Shown: piece by piece, positions 1-9,415 of the stretch | Numbering within the stretch: the first letter of the stretch is position 1 | How the letters are laid out: every line of letters begins with the position of its first letter | Position numbers and translations under genes: made by a program | The notes under the pieces: generated by a model | What the model was told of the DNA's origin: nothing | What the model saw: the letters and a program-made list of their open reading frames with translations, nothing else | Database searches by the model: none | From: Deltaproteobacteria bacterium | GTDB lineage: Bacteria; Myxococcota_A; Polyangia; Polyangiales; Houyiibacteriaceae | NCBI GenBank assembly: GCA_034670305.1 | Contig: JAXMNT010000001.1 | Span: 32,001-96,000, forward strand | Length of the DNA: 64,000 bases | Direction of reading: 5' to 3'

Positions 1-1279
1 CGGCGCGCTCGTTTTCGCGCGGATCGCGGTCGGTCCAGAACGCGCGGGTCGAATCGCGGACTTCGGCGAGCGGGGCACCGAGCACCTCGCGTTCGAGTTT
101 TGCGACGACCTCCGGCGCGATCGCGTCGAGCCCCGGGTGCGCGATGTAGAGGTCGTAGAGGCGCTGGGATCGCGGTCCGAACATCGTGCCGCGTTTGAGC
201 ACCTGGACCTCGACCCCCATCTCGAACATGTCGGCGGCCGGCGCCATCATCACATCGCCCATGCCCGCTTGGGCGAGCAGCGCTTTGCCCGCGGGGGAGA
301 GACCGGATTCGATCGCGCTCTGGTTCACGCTGCCGGTGAGCACATACGCGGCGCCGAGCGAGAACGCGGCGGCGACGGATCGAGGCGTGCCGAGACCGCC
401 TGCCGCGCCGACGCGGATCGGCCGGGCGTAGCCGCGTTCGCGCTGCACCCGATCGCGCAGTCGGCAGACCACCGGGAGGACCGCGGTGAGTGCTTGGTTG
501 TCGGTGTGCCCACCCGAGTCCGCTTCGACGGTGATGTCTTCGGCGACCGGGACTTCGCTCGCGAGCGCGGCTTCGTCGGCGGTGATCGCTCCGTCGCGTA
601 CCAGCGTGGCGAGCATCTCGGCGGGCGCCGGTTGCATGAACCGCGCGGCCACTTCTGGGCGGCTGACCTTCGCGAACACGTGGTGGCGTCGCGCGACGGA
701 ACCATCACCCGCGCGCTTCAGTCCGGAGACGGCGACCTTCACCAGCGGCAGGGTCAGACCCATGTACGCGGACGCGGAGACGAACCGGACGCCGCGCTGG
801 ATGAACAGGTCCGCGACCGCGGCCTCGAGCGAAGGTTCGTTCGGCGAGTGAATGAGGTTGGCACCCCACACGCCGTCGCCGAGCGCGTCGCGCATCTCGT
901 CGAGGCCGCGCGTCACGCGATCGGCGGTGAGACCGGCGGCACCGAAGAAGCCGAGCATGCCCGCGCGCGACATCGCGATGACGAGTTCGGCGGTGGCGAT
1001 GCCGTTGGCCATCGCGCCCGCGACGTACGGGAACCGCACGCCGTGCACTTCGTTGAACGCGCGGTCGCCGAGCCACTCGGGGTAGAGCGGCGGGAGCGTG
1101 GCGATCGTTTGCTGCGTTTGGTCGAACTGCACGCCGACCCGGCCGTCCGCGGCACGCACCACGTGGGTGGTCTCTCGGAACCTCGCGGCCGCCTGCGCGA
1201 GGCCGTCGCGGTCGAACACCGGTCGGTCGGTCGCGTGCACGGGGGCCGCGCCGCCGGTTGCGCGTTGAAGCGAGGGCAT
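1..1279 (-). CDS. pfaD: PfaD-family PUFA/polyketide synthase enoyl reductase (FMN TIM barrel), 3' end truncated by window edge
   Basis: Manual translation from ATG at 1279: LPPLYPEWLGD, FPYVAGAMANGIA, WGANLIHSPNEP, FAKVSRPEVA, DITVEADSGGHTDN, RVGAAGGLGTP, VLTGSVNQ, MAPAADMFEMGVEVQVLKRGTMF. Absent from the ORF track because no stop lies in the window. Confidence 0.92.
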   Translation of the reverse strand, partial: MPSLQRATGGAAPVHATDRPVFDRDGLAQAAARFRETTHVVRAADGRVGVQFDQTQQTIATLPPLYPEWLGDRAFNEVHGVRFPYVAGAMANGIATAELVIAMSRAGMLGFFGAAGLTADRVTRGLDEMRDALGDGVWGANLIHSPNEPSLEAAVADLFIQRGVRFVSASAYMGLTLPLVKVAVSGLKRAGDGSVARRHHVFAKVSRPEVAARFMQPAPAEMLATLVRDGAITADEAALASEVPVAEDITVEADSGGHTDNQALTAVLPVVCRLRDRVQRERGYARPIRVGAAGGLGTPRSVAAAFSLGAAYVLTGSVNQSAIESGLSPAGKALLAQAGMGDVMMAPAADMFEMGVEVQVLKRGTMFGPRSQRLYDLYIAHPGLDAIAPEVVAKLEREVLGAPLAEVRDSTRAFWTDRDPRENERA

Positions 1280-1459
1280 GAAGCAGGTCTACCGCCTGAC
1301 TCCCCCTTGTTCTGTCATCGTTTCGTCATTCCCGCGCCGGGGCGAGAGAGATCACAGAGCGGTCACGGAACAGACCCAAAAACGTCGATGGCTGGAGTCG
1401 AAATCCGTGCCGGATCCGTCACCACATCGGGTACGACGCGTTGCGTCAGCGACAGGTGT

Positions 1460-2137
1460 TCAGCGGACGCGGCTCAGCGTCCACCGCCGCGCGTCCGCGC
1501 ACTGCTCGAGCGTCGACGCCCAGGTCTCGGCGTCGTCCGTGCAGACCTCGTTGCGGCGGGCATGGTCGACTTGCCGTCGCAGGGTCCAGCCCTCGGCGGT
1601 TCGTTCGAACCAGGTCCGGTACCGGAGCGCGACACAGGACGCTCGAAGGCTGCGCACGACATGCAGATCGTAGACGTAGCTCTCCGAATCGGCTCCAGGC
1701 GCCCGCTCGAGCGCGACCGGGAACACCATGGCGTTCTGCCAGTCGACCTCGGCCCCGGGCTGGGGGCATTCGTCGCAGGTCTCGAGCAAGAGCGAGAGCG
1801 GGATCGGCGGTGGCCCGATGCCGAGGCTGTGCCGTTGCGCGACCAGCGCACAGGTCGGGTCGTCCGCACACCCGTGCAGCACGACGCTCTGCAGCGGACC
1901 TCCTCGCAGCACGAAGAACGGCACCTCGCTGAGGTCGCCTTCTTCGAGCACACAACCGGACTCTGCGGTGTCCACTCGGTAACGCCCAACCACATCGTGT
2001 TCGGCCCGGGCGTCGGACGATCGACCCGCGCGCATCCACACGAAGACCAGGCCGGCGAGGATCACGCACGCCGCGATCGACGCTTGCCACACCGCCTTGG
2101 GCACGGCCGCGAAGACCGACGGACCATGCTCGGGCAC
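1460..2137 (-). CDS. Hypothetical membrane-anchored protein
   Basis: 225-aa ORF with an N-terminal TM helix (VWQASIAACVILAGLVFVWM) and several Cys; starts 7 bp after the tolB stop on the same strand. Confidence 0.6.
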   Translation of the reverse strand: MPEHGPSVFAAVPKAVWQASIAACVILAGLVFVWMRAGRSSDARAEHDVVGRYRVDTAESGCVLEEGDLSEVPFFVLRGGPLQSVVLHGCADDPTCALVAQRHSLGIGPPPIPLSLLLETCDECPQPGAEVDWQNAMVFPVALERAPGADSESYVYDLHVVRSLRASCVALRYRTWFERTAEGWTLRRQVDHARRNEVCTDDAETWASTLEQCADARRWTLSRVR

Positions 2138-2144
2138 GCTGGTT

Positions 2145-3422
2145 TCAGCGCCAGCGCAACGTTTCGGCCGCGCCTCGGATCACCATGTTCTGGTTCAACC
2201 CCTCGGGGTTGGAGACGAAGATGCCGCCGCGGCTCGAGCTGAAGGCCACCATGCGGCAATCGGGCGAGAACGCCGGGTCCTTGTTGGTGCCCTGGCCCTG
2301 GGTGAGGCGGCGGTATTCCTGGGTCGCGATGTTGACGGTGAAGATGTCCATGCCGCCGCTGCGTCCGGTGAACGCGATGAGGCCGCCCCGCTGACACCAC
2401 TGCGGCGTCTGGTTGTGGGCGCCCCGGAAGGTCACTCGGCGCACGCCGCTGCCGTTGCCGTTCATCACGAAGATCTGCGGCGAGCCGTGCCGGGTGCTGA
2501 CGAACGCGATCCGTCCGCCCGGCCCACACGCGGGGCTCACGTCGATGGCGGGGTGGCGGGTGATGCGGCGCACGTTCGAGCCGTCGACGTCGGCGGCGTA
2601 GATCTCAGAGTTGCCGTCGCGGGTCGAGGTGAAGAACACGCGGCCGCCGCACACACTCGGGCCCATGTTCAGTCCGTCGCCGTCGATGATGCGGCGGTCG
2701 TTCGCGTTCGAGTGGGTGATGAACATGCCGGTCTCGGTGAGCCGGCTGAACCACACTCCACCCGGACCGAAGCTCGGCAACATGCTCACGCCTTGGCCGC
2801 TCGAGACCCGGCCTTCTTGGTGCCCATCCCAGTGCGCGACGTAGACGTCCTTGCGACCCGGACCTGCGCGCCGACCGAAGGTGATGCGGCTGTTGAAGGC
2901 GCCCGCTTGTCCGGTCAGAACCCGCAGCACTTCGTTCGCGAACTCGTGCATGAACCCGCGCAGTTCGCCTTCGCCGCCTCGGTAGGTGCGCTGGAGCGTG
3001 GGGCTTCCGCCGCGCGCGATCTCGTACAGGCGCATCTCGACTTCGATCTGGTTGCCGGTCTGCCGGATCTCCCCCTTGATCACGCCCTGCGCGCCCACCG
3101 CGGTCCAGGCCGCCGGCGCGATCTCGAGGCCTTCCCGTTCCAGGTCCGCGATGAACGAACGCGAGTCGAGCACCTGGAAGAGGGAGACAAGCGAGAGGTC
3201 GTTGCGAATCACGCCTGCGCCGCCGGCACCCATGGCCGCGGGACCGCGCAGGTTCGGGATCGCGATCTTGTAGAGCGCGCGCTCCGGCGAGTCGATTTCG
3301 ATCACGACGCCCCGCTCGGGGAGCGGTTCGTCCGCCTGCTCCTGGGAATGGCCGGGGTGGGAGACCACGGCGATCGAGACGCACGCGAGGGAGGCGGCGA
3401 GGATGGCGGGGAGACGTTTCAC
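2145..3422 (-). CDS. tolB: TolB-like Tol-Pal periplasmic beta-propeller protein
   Basis: Signal peptide from GTG at 3422; TolB N-terminal domain (YKIAIP...VIRNDL...W...GAQGVIKG); PD40 repeats (FTSTRDGNSEIY, IAFVSTRHGSPQIFVM, PAFSPDCRMVAFSS). Confidence 0.85.
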   Translation of the reverse strand: MKRLPAILAASLACVSIAVVSHPGHSQEQADEPLPERGVVIEIDSPERALYKIAIPNLRGPAAMGAGGAGVIRNDLSLVSLFQVLDSRSFIADLEREGLEIAPAAWTAVGAQGVIKGEIRQTGNQIEVEMRLYEIARGGSPTLQRTYRGGEGELRGFMHEFANEVLRVLTGQAGAFNSRITFGRRAGPGRKDVYVAHWDGHQEGRVSSGQGVSMLPSFGPGGVWFSRLTETGMFITHSNANDRRIIDGDGLNMGPSVCGGRVFFTSTRDGNSEIYAADVDGSNVRRITRHPAIDVSPACGPGGRIAFVSTRHGSPQIFVMNGNGSGVRRVTFRGAHNQTPQWCQRGGLIAFTGRSGGMDIFTVNIATQEYRRLTQGQGTNKDPAFSPDCRMVAFSSSRGGIFVSNPEGLNQNMVIRGAAETLRWR

Positions 3423-3557
3423 AAGAGCTCCAATAGGGCGTTCGGTCAGAGAACCGAAGGGTAGACGAGACTGACCCAACTTCGCTTCATCGGCCAGGCC
3501 CGTTGGGAGGGTGAAAAAAACCCCAATTTAGGGACGCTACGTTGATATAGTTCCAGT

Positions 3558-5777
3558 ATGAATAGAAGAACCGCCCTCCTCGCCTTACTCCTCTCCACCG
3601 GTCTCGCCTGCGGCGACGACGACGTTTCCACCATGGATACAGGTGGAATCGACGGAGGCGCCGCCTGTGCGGTGGGCGAGACCATGTGTGGCGCCGACTG
3701 TGTCAACATCGACAACGATCTTGACCATTGTGGGGGATGCGGCGTGGCCTGCGGGGCGGGGGAAGTCTGCTCGGCCGGACGCTGCGGGCTCACGTGCAGC
3801 GGCGGCACCACCCGCTGTGGCGATGCGTGCGTGGCCACGGCCAACGACCCGGCCCACTGCGGGGGTTGCGACGTCGCGTGCGCAGACGGCGAAGTCTGCT
3901 CGGCCGGCGCATGCGGTCTGAGCTGCAGCGGCGGCACCACGATGTGCGGCGACGTGTGTGTGGTGACGGACACCGACCCGGCCCACTGCGGCGGGTGCGA
4001 TGTCGCGTGCGACGCCGGCGAAGTCTGTTCGGCCGGCAGCTGCGGACTGAGCTGCAGCGGGGGCACGACGATGTGCGGCGACCTCTGTGTCGAGACCGAC
4101 AACAACCCGGCGCACTGCGGCGGTTGTGATGTGGCCTGCGACGCGGGCGACGTCTGCTCCGCCGGCGCCTGTGGTCTGAGCTGCAGCGGCGGCACGACGA
4201 TGTGCGGCGACCTCTGCGTCGAGACCGACAACGACCCGGCGCACTGCGGCGGCTGCGACGTCGCGTGCGACGCGGGCGACGTCTGCTCGGGCGGCACCTG
4301 TGGTCTGAGCTGCAGCGGCGGCACGACGATGTGCGGCGACCTCTGCGTCGAGACCGACAACGACCCGGCGCACTGCGGCGGCTGCGACGTGGCGTGTGCG
4401 GCCGGCGAGGTCTGTTCGATGGGCGCGTGTGGTCTGACCTGCCTCGGCGGCTCGACGATGTGCGGTGACTCGTGCGTGGACACAGTCAACGACCCGGCGC
4501 ACTGCGGCGGCTGCGACGTGGCGTGTGCGGCCGGCGAGGTCTGTTCGATGGGCGCGTGTGGTCTGACCTGCCTCGGCGGCTCGACGATGTGCGGCGACTC
4601 GTGCGTCGACACCCGATCCGACCCCGCGCACTGCGGCGGATGCGATGCGGCCTGCGCGGCCGGCACGGTGTGTTCGATGGGCGCCTGTTCGGTGACCTGC
4701 CTCGGCGGCTCGACCCTGTGCGGCACCGACTGCGTCGACACCACGAACGATGGAGCGAACTGCGGCGGATGCGGCATGGCCTGTGGGGCCGGCGAAGTCT
4801 GTTCGATGGGATCCTGCGGCGTCGTCTGCCTCGGTGGCGCGACCGCGTGCGGCACCGACTGCGTCGACACGACCAACGACCCGGCGCACTGCGGCGGATG
4901 CGACACCGCGTGCGGCGCCGGCGAGGTGTGCACGATGGGCACCTGTGCGGTCACTTGCCTCGGCGGTTCGACCATGTGCGGCAGCGGCTGCGTGGACACC
5001 GACAGCGATCCGGCGCACTGCGGCGGATGCGATGCGGCGTGTGCCGGGGACGAGTACTGCGACGCGGGCACCTGCACGCCGGACTGTCCGGCGCCCCTGT
5101 CGGTGTGCGGTGCAAGCTGCACCAACACGGCGAACGACCCGCTGCACTGCGGCGGTTGCGGCATGGCGTGCGGCGCGCGCGAGGCCTGTGTCTCGGGCAC
5201 TTGCGCGATGCTCGCGAGCTCCTGCGACGCATTCCCCGGCCCGGATGGCACCGTGGTGCCGGGCTGGACCGAGCGGACGGGCGACTTCTTCCTCTCCAGC
5301 AACCAGCTCGGCATCACCACCACGGGCGGCAGCTACACCAACCACATCACGATGGACGGCACGACGCACGACGACGGCTGCGCGAGCATGACCGCCAACT
5401 ACGGCAACGGCAGCGGCGTTCGTTCGCTCGGCATCGTGCTTCGCTGGACCGCGCCCAACAGCTACATCGTCGCGGTCATTCAAGACAACTCGAGTTCGGG
5501 CACCTTCAACTCCATGTGGATCTACGAGGCGAGTCCGGGCATCACCCACCTCAACGGAACCTCTGGGTTAGCGCTCGGAACCAACCCCGAAGTTCGGGCG
5601 AGCGTCACTGGGACGACGGTCCTGCTCGAGGTCGACGTCGACCGAGACGGTACCTACGACGAGACGATGACCGCGACCACCTCACGCACCGCGCCAGGCC
5701 TCGCCGGCATGATGCACTTGACCTTCAACGCGGGCCAATCGCCCTTGGTCGAAGAGTTCTGTCCGACCTGCTCCTGA
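3558..5777 (+). CDS. Cys-rich repeat lipoprotein (12 x 43-aa MXAN_6577/Stig1-like repeats) with C-terminal beta-rich domain
   Basis: Lipobox GLAC followed by GDDD; repeat unit [43 protein letters not shown]; non-repetitive C-terminal domain of about 185 aa. Confidence 0.88.
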   Translation: MNRRTALLALLLSTGLACGDDDVSTMDTGGIDGGAACAVGETMCGADCVNIDNDLDHCGGCGVACGAGEVCSAGRCGLTCSGGTTRCGDACVATANDPAHCGGCDVACADGEVCSAGACGLSCSGGTTMCGDVCVVTDTDPAHCGGCDVACDAGEVCSAGSCGLSCSGGTTMCGDLCVETDNNPAHCGGCDVACDAGDVCSAGACGLSCSGGTTMCGDLCVETDNDPAHCGGCDVACDAGDVCSGGTCGLSCSGGTTMCGDLCVETDNDPAHCGGCDVACAAGEVCSMGACGLTCLGGSTMCGDSCVDTVNDPAHCGGCDVACAAGEVCSMGACGLTCLGGSTMCGDSCVDTRSDPAHCGGCDAACAAGTVCSMGACSVTCLGGSTLCGTDCVDTTNDGANCGGCGMACGAGEVCSMGSCGVVCLGGATACGTDCVDTTNDPAHCGGCDTACGAGEVCTMGTCAVTCLGGSTMCGSGCVDTDSDPAHCGGCDAACAGDEYCDAGTCTPDCPAPLSVCGASCTNTANDPLHCGGCGMACGAREACVSGTCAMLASSCDAFPGPDGTVVPGWTERTGDFFLSSNQLGITTTGGSYTNHITMDGTTHDDGCASMTANYGNGSGVRSLGIVLRWTAPNSYIVAVIQDNSSSGTFNSMWIYEASPGITHLNGTSGLALGTNPEVRASVTGTTVLLEVDVDRDGTYDETMTATTSRTAPGLAGMMHLTFNAGQSPLVEEFCPTCS

Positions 5778-5797
5778 ACCAGGAATCGTAGCGACTG

Positions 5798-5829
5798 GCG
5801 GCCGTCCGAGAGGGCGGCCGCTTTCGTTT
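5798..5829 (+). terminator. Intrinsic terminator
   Basis: Stem GCGGCCGTCC-GAGA-GGGCGGCCGC followed by TTTCGTTT, just after the stop. Confidence 0.7.
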
Positions 5830-5884
5830 GAAGCGGACTCGAGAAACTTTCCGACTGAGGCGCGGGCGCCGGTAAAATCGCCCG

Positions 5885-7450
5885 ATGCGCACAAAGTCCG
5901 CCCTCTTGGTTCTCTTGCTCTCCACCGGTCTTGCATGTGGGGACGACGACGTGGGCACCGTGGACAGCGGGGCGACCGACGGCGGCGCCGGCTGCCCCGG
6001 CACGATGTGCGGTGCTGCGTGTGTCGACCTCGGCACCGACATCGACCATTGCGGAGCGTGCGGTGCCATGTGCGCGGTGGGCGAAATCTGCTCGGCGGGC
6101 AGTTGCGGGCTCGTCTGCGGCGGCGGCACCACCCGCTGTGGCGACGCGTGCGTGGTGACCACCAGCGACCCGGCCCACTGTGGCGGGTGCGACGTCGCGT
6201 GTGAGGCGGGCGAGGTGTGCACGTCCGGCGTGTGTGGTCTGAGCTGCGGCGGAGGCACCACGATGTGCGGCGACGTCTGCGTGTCGACGGCCAGCGATCC
6301 GGCCCACTGCGGTGCGTGCGAGGTGGTCTGCGAGGCGGGCGAGGTCTGTTCGGGCGGCAGCTGTGGGCTCACATGTGGAGGCGGCACCACGATGTGCGGC
6401 GACGCGTGCGTCGAGACCGACAACAACCCGGCGCACTGCGGCGGGTGCGACGTTGCCTGTGGTGCAGACGAAGTGTGTTCGGCCGGGGTGTGCGGACTGA
6501 CCTGCTTCGGCAGCTCGACGCGCTGCGGCGATCGGTGTGTGGATCTCAACAACGACCCGTTCCACTGCGGCGGCTGCGATGTGGCATGCGCGGGCGGCGA
6601 AATCTGCAACGCGAGCATTTGCGAAGTCGTGTGCTTCGGCGGCTCGACGATGTGCGGGGACGTCTGTGCAGACACGGACAGCGACCCCGCGCACTGCGGC
6701 GCCTGCGACGCGGCCTGCGGCGACGGCGAGTTCTGCGACGCCGGCACCTGTGCGCCCGAGTGTCCAGCGCCGCTGACGGTGTGCGGTGCGAGCTGCACGA
6801 ACACCGCGCACGATCCGCTGAACTGCGGTGGCTGCGACATGGCGTGCGCGCCGGGTGAAGCGTGTGATGCAGGCACCTGCGCGAGGCTCGCGGGCGGATG
6901 CGACGGATTCAACGCGCCCGACGGCACCGATGTGCCTGGCTGGACGGAGCAGACTGGGGACTTCTTCCTCGACGCGGGCCGGGTCGGGCTGACCACGACC
7001 GGCGGCGTCTACCGCAACCACATGACGATGGACGGGACGATGCACGACGACGGCTGCGCGACCATGTCCATCAGCTACGGCGCGGGCTCGGGCCTCCGCT
7101 CGATCGGCATCGTGCTTCGCTGGACGTCTCCCACCAGCTACGTCGTTGCGCTCGTTCAAGACAACTCGAACTCGGGCACGTTCGACTCGATGTGGATCTA
7201 CGAATACAGCCCCACCAGCCGCCACCTCAACGGCACGTCCGGTTTCGCGCTCGGCACCAACCCCGAGATCCGGGCGAGCGTCACCGGGACCACGGTCCTG
7301 CTCGAGGTCGACGTCGACCGCGACGGCACCTACGACGAGACGATGACCGCCACCACATCCATCACCGGAAGCGGTCAGGCCGGGCTGATGCAACTCAGCT
7401 CTGCGTCCGGCACGGCGTTGGCCGAGGAGTTCTGCCCGACCTGCTCCTGA
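5885..7450 (+). CDS. Tandem paralog of the Cys-rich repeat lipoprotein (7 repeats)
   Basis: Same [13 protein letters not shown] signal, same 43-aa repeat, homologous C-terminal domain ending EEFCPTCS. Confidence 0.88.
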   Translation: MRTKSALLVLLLSTGLACGDDDVGTVDSGATDGGAGCPGTMCGAACVDLGTDIDHCGACGAMCAVGEICSAGSCGLVCGGGTTRCGDACVVTTSDPAHCGGCDVACEAGEVCTSGVCGLSCGGGTTMCGDVCVSTASDPAHCGACEVVCEAGEVCSGGSCGLTCGGGTTMCGDACVETDNNPAHCGGCDVACGADEVCSAGVCGLTCFGSSTRCGDRCVDLNNDPFHCGGCDVACAGGEICNASICEVVCFGGSTMCGDVCADTDSDPAHCGACDAACGDGEFCDAGTCAPECPAPLTVCGASCTNTAHDPLNCGGCDMACAPGEACDAGTCARLAGGCDGFNAPDGTDVPGWTEQTGDFFLDAGRVGLTTTGGVYRNHMTMDGTMHDDGCATMSISYGAGSGLRSIGIVLRWTSPTSYVVALVQDNSNSGTFDSMWIYEYSPTSRHLNGTSGFALGTNPEIRASVTGTTVLLEVDVDRDGTYDETMTATTSITGSGQAGLMQLSSASGTALAEEFCPTCS

Positions 7451-7467
7451 TCTCAGAACCCTGATGC

Positions 7468-7504
7468 GCCGGCCGTCCGAGAGGGCGGCCGGCCGGCGTT
7501 CTTT
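7468..7504 (+). terminator. Terminator-like hairpin duplicated with the gene
   Basis: GCCGGCCGTCC-GAGA-GGGCGGCCGGC, near-identical to the 5798 hairpin; weaker U-tract. Confidence 0.55.
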
Positions 7505-7509
7505 GAGGA

Positions 7510-7740
7510 GCGGAAGCGGAAGCGGAAGCCTGAAGCTGAAGCCGAAGCCAAAGCCGAAGCCGAAGCCGAATCCGAATCCGAAGCCGAAGCCGAAGCCGAA
7601 GCCGAAGCCGAAGCCGATTCCGAAGCCGACGCCGAAGACGCCGAAGCCGAAGCCGAAGCCGAAGCCGAAGCCGAAGACGCCGAAGCCGACGGCGAATCCG
7701 AAGCCGAAGCCGACGCCGCCGACGACGCCGAAGCCGATGC
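7510..7740 (+). repeat. Hexamer tract (GCGGAA)n then (GCCGAA/TCCGAA/GCCGAC)n, intergenic
   Basis: Directly visible; lies between convergent genes. Confidence 0.9.
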
Positions 7741-7819
7741 CATGCCGACCTGGTTTCAGGGGCAAGGTTGGGTTCGGGCCGACGAAGTCGGCCCATGCCG
7801 AAGCCCGCAGGGCTTTGGC

Positions 7820-8518
7820 TTAGAGGATGCTGCCTTCGACTCGGACGCTCATGCGGACCTGCACGTCGATGGCGCCTTCGGGCCAGCGCTGGCCGGGGTC
7901 GAGGTCGACGGTGGTGCGGGTGAAGAAGCGGAAGCGGTGGCTGGTGGTCTCGAAGTGGCTGCTGAACGCGGCGTTGCCGGCGGCGTCGAGGGTGATCGCG
8001 CCTTCGCCGGTCGTGCCGGCGTCGACCGCGGGCACCGTGCCGAGGAGGTGCACGCCGGGCGAGTCGATGTCGACGGCGCCGGCCGGGCCCCAGTAGATCT
8101 CCAGCGGCTCGGTCGGAATGGTCAGCGTGTTGCGCTCGATGTTGTAGTCGAGGGCGAGGATCTCGATCGTGTCGATGCTCGAGAAGATCTCGCCCACGTC
8201 TCCGGCCAGTTCATCGATGTCTGCGTCACCGACCACCGCGGAGACGGTCTGCGCGGCCGGGTCGCAGGTTCCGGCTTCGCAGGTGATGGGCACGTCGCCC
8301 GAGGATGGGCACATGCCCATGGGACCGCAGGGCAGGGCGCGCACGCGGTCGCCGGAAGGATCCTCTTCCCGAAGCTCCATCGGGAGCGCGAAATCCGCGG
8401 TGTCGAGCGATGCCTCGACGCCGACGGGGAAGGTCGCGGACGCGCCGCCCGCGCAACTCGCGGAGAGGCCGCACAGGCCGAGAAAAAGGAAGACGCTGCC
8501 GAATCGATCGAGAGACAT
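7820..8518 (-). CDS. Hypothetical lipoprotein
   Basis: Likely ATG at 8518 ([22 protein letters not shown]); acidic, beta-rich mature part. The upstream extension in the ORF track overlaps the neighbouring gene. Confidence 0.72.
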   Translation of the reverse strand: MSLDRFGSVFLFLGLCGLSASCAGGASATFPVGVEASLDTADFALPMELREEDPSGDRVRALPCGPMGMCPSSGDVPITCEAGTCDPAAQTVSAVVGDADIDELAGDVGEIFSSIDTIEILALDYNIERNTLTIPTEPLEIYWGPAGAVDIDSPGVHLLGTVPAVDAGTTGEGAITLDAAGNAAFSSHFETTSHRFRFFTRTTVDLDPGQRWPEGAIDVQVRMSVRVEGSIL

Positions 8519-8661
8519 GCCCCGATGGTAGTGGAGACGGCCGCGAGAGGCACCGTTTGTGGAGGAACCACGGCGCGAGTTGCGGCACCGACGCCCGAAC
8601 TCCACGTGGTTGGAGCTCAGCGCTTGAAAGGGTGCGCGGCGAGAAGGTTCGCGCGTAGAAC

Positions 8662-9243
8662 TCAGGGACGCGGTGTGAGGTTGAACGGCACGCTGACGTC
8701 GGCGCAGTTGCCGGCGACCGCGGGGAACGTCCACGACTGCGCCAAGCGGCGCACACACGCGAAGACTTCGTTGTCGCGGAGCGAACCGCCGACCCGCACC
8801 TGCTCCACCGCGCCGGTTCGGCCGATGCGGAGCGTGACGTTGACCCGTCCTTGTAGGACGTTGTTCACCTTCAGGCGTCGCTCGTAACAGCTTCGCACCT
8901 GAGAGCGGTGCTGCGCGATGACGCTGGTCAGACCGGCGCGATCGACCTGTCCGTTGCACTCGACGACGCGCACACGCATCGTGCTCATCATCGTGGTCTC
9001 GACCTCTTCGGGACCCGTGTCGGGATCACCGGCGTCGGGTTCTTCCTCGGGGATCTCGATCTCGGGCTCGAACGTGTTCGTGCGAAGGGCCACGCCCGCG
9101 TCTTCGGGCACGTTGGCCACTGGCTCTGGCTCGGGTTCTTGGGTGAGACAGTAGAGCCCCCCAGCCCCCAGCAACAGAAGCAGACCCAATAGTGCGTATC
9201 GCATGCCCCCTCCGGTCGGGGGCGGCGGCGTCGACTCAGTCAA
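8662..9243 (-). CDS. AgmX/PglI C-terminal (TonB_C-like) domain membrane protein
   Basis: TM helix, Pro/Glu linker, then VIAQHRSQVRSCYERRLK...LQGRVNVTLRIGRTGAV...ACV...WTFP...VSVPF. Confidence 0.8.
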   Translation of the reverse strand: MTESTPPPPTGGGMRYALLGLLLLLGAGGLYCLTQEPEPEPVANVPEDAGVALRTNTFEPEIEIPEEEPDAGDPDTGPEEVETTMMSTMRVRVVECNGQVDRAGLTSVIAQHRSQVRSCYERRLKVNNVLQGRVNVTLRIGRTGAVEQVRVGGSLRDNEVFACVRRLAQSWTFPAVAGNCADVSVPFNLTPRP

Positions 9244-9415
9244 GACGTTCCCTCTCTGTGGCCGGCGACCTTAGCAGGGATCATTGAGGATGGTGTTCTA
9301 TTTGTCGGAAGCCCCAAACGAGACTCTTTCGCCGGTTCGGACCTTGGGTCGCTGGGCTCGAGGCGAACAGCTGCGATGGGCCGCCGCCGGGTCTCGCGAC
9401 GCGCACCAGGTTCGG

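Noticed and set aside
137-2242. 701-aa plus-strand ORF
   Set aside because: Antisense shadow of pfaD and the 1460-2137 gene; Arg/His-rich with no motifs.
5200-7450. Diversity-generating retroelement template/variable pair in the duplicated C-terminal domains
   Set aside because: No reverse transcriptase; both copies are full genes and differences are not confined to adenines. Ordinary duplication explains it.
7464-7823. KPKPKP / GFGFGF / ASASAS / RLRLRL ORFs over hexamer tracts
   Set aside because: The hexamer lacks stops in most frames, so the ORFs are by-products; intergenic tracts have no credible starts.
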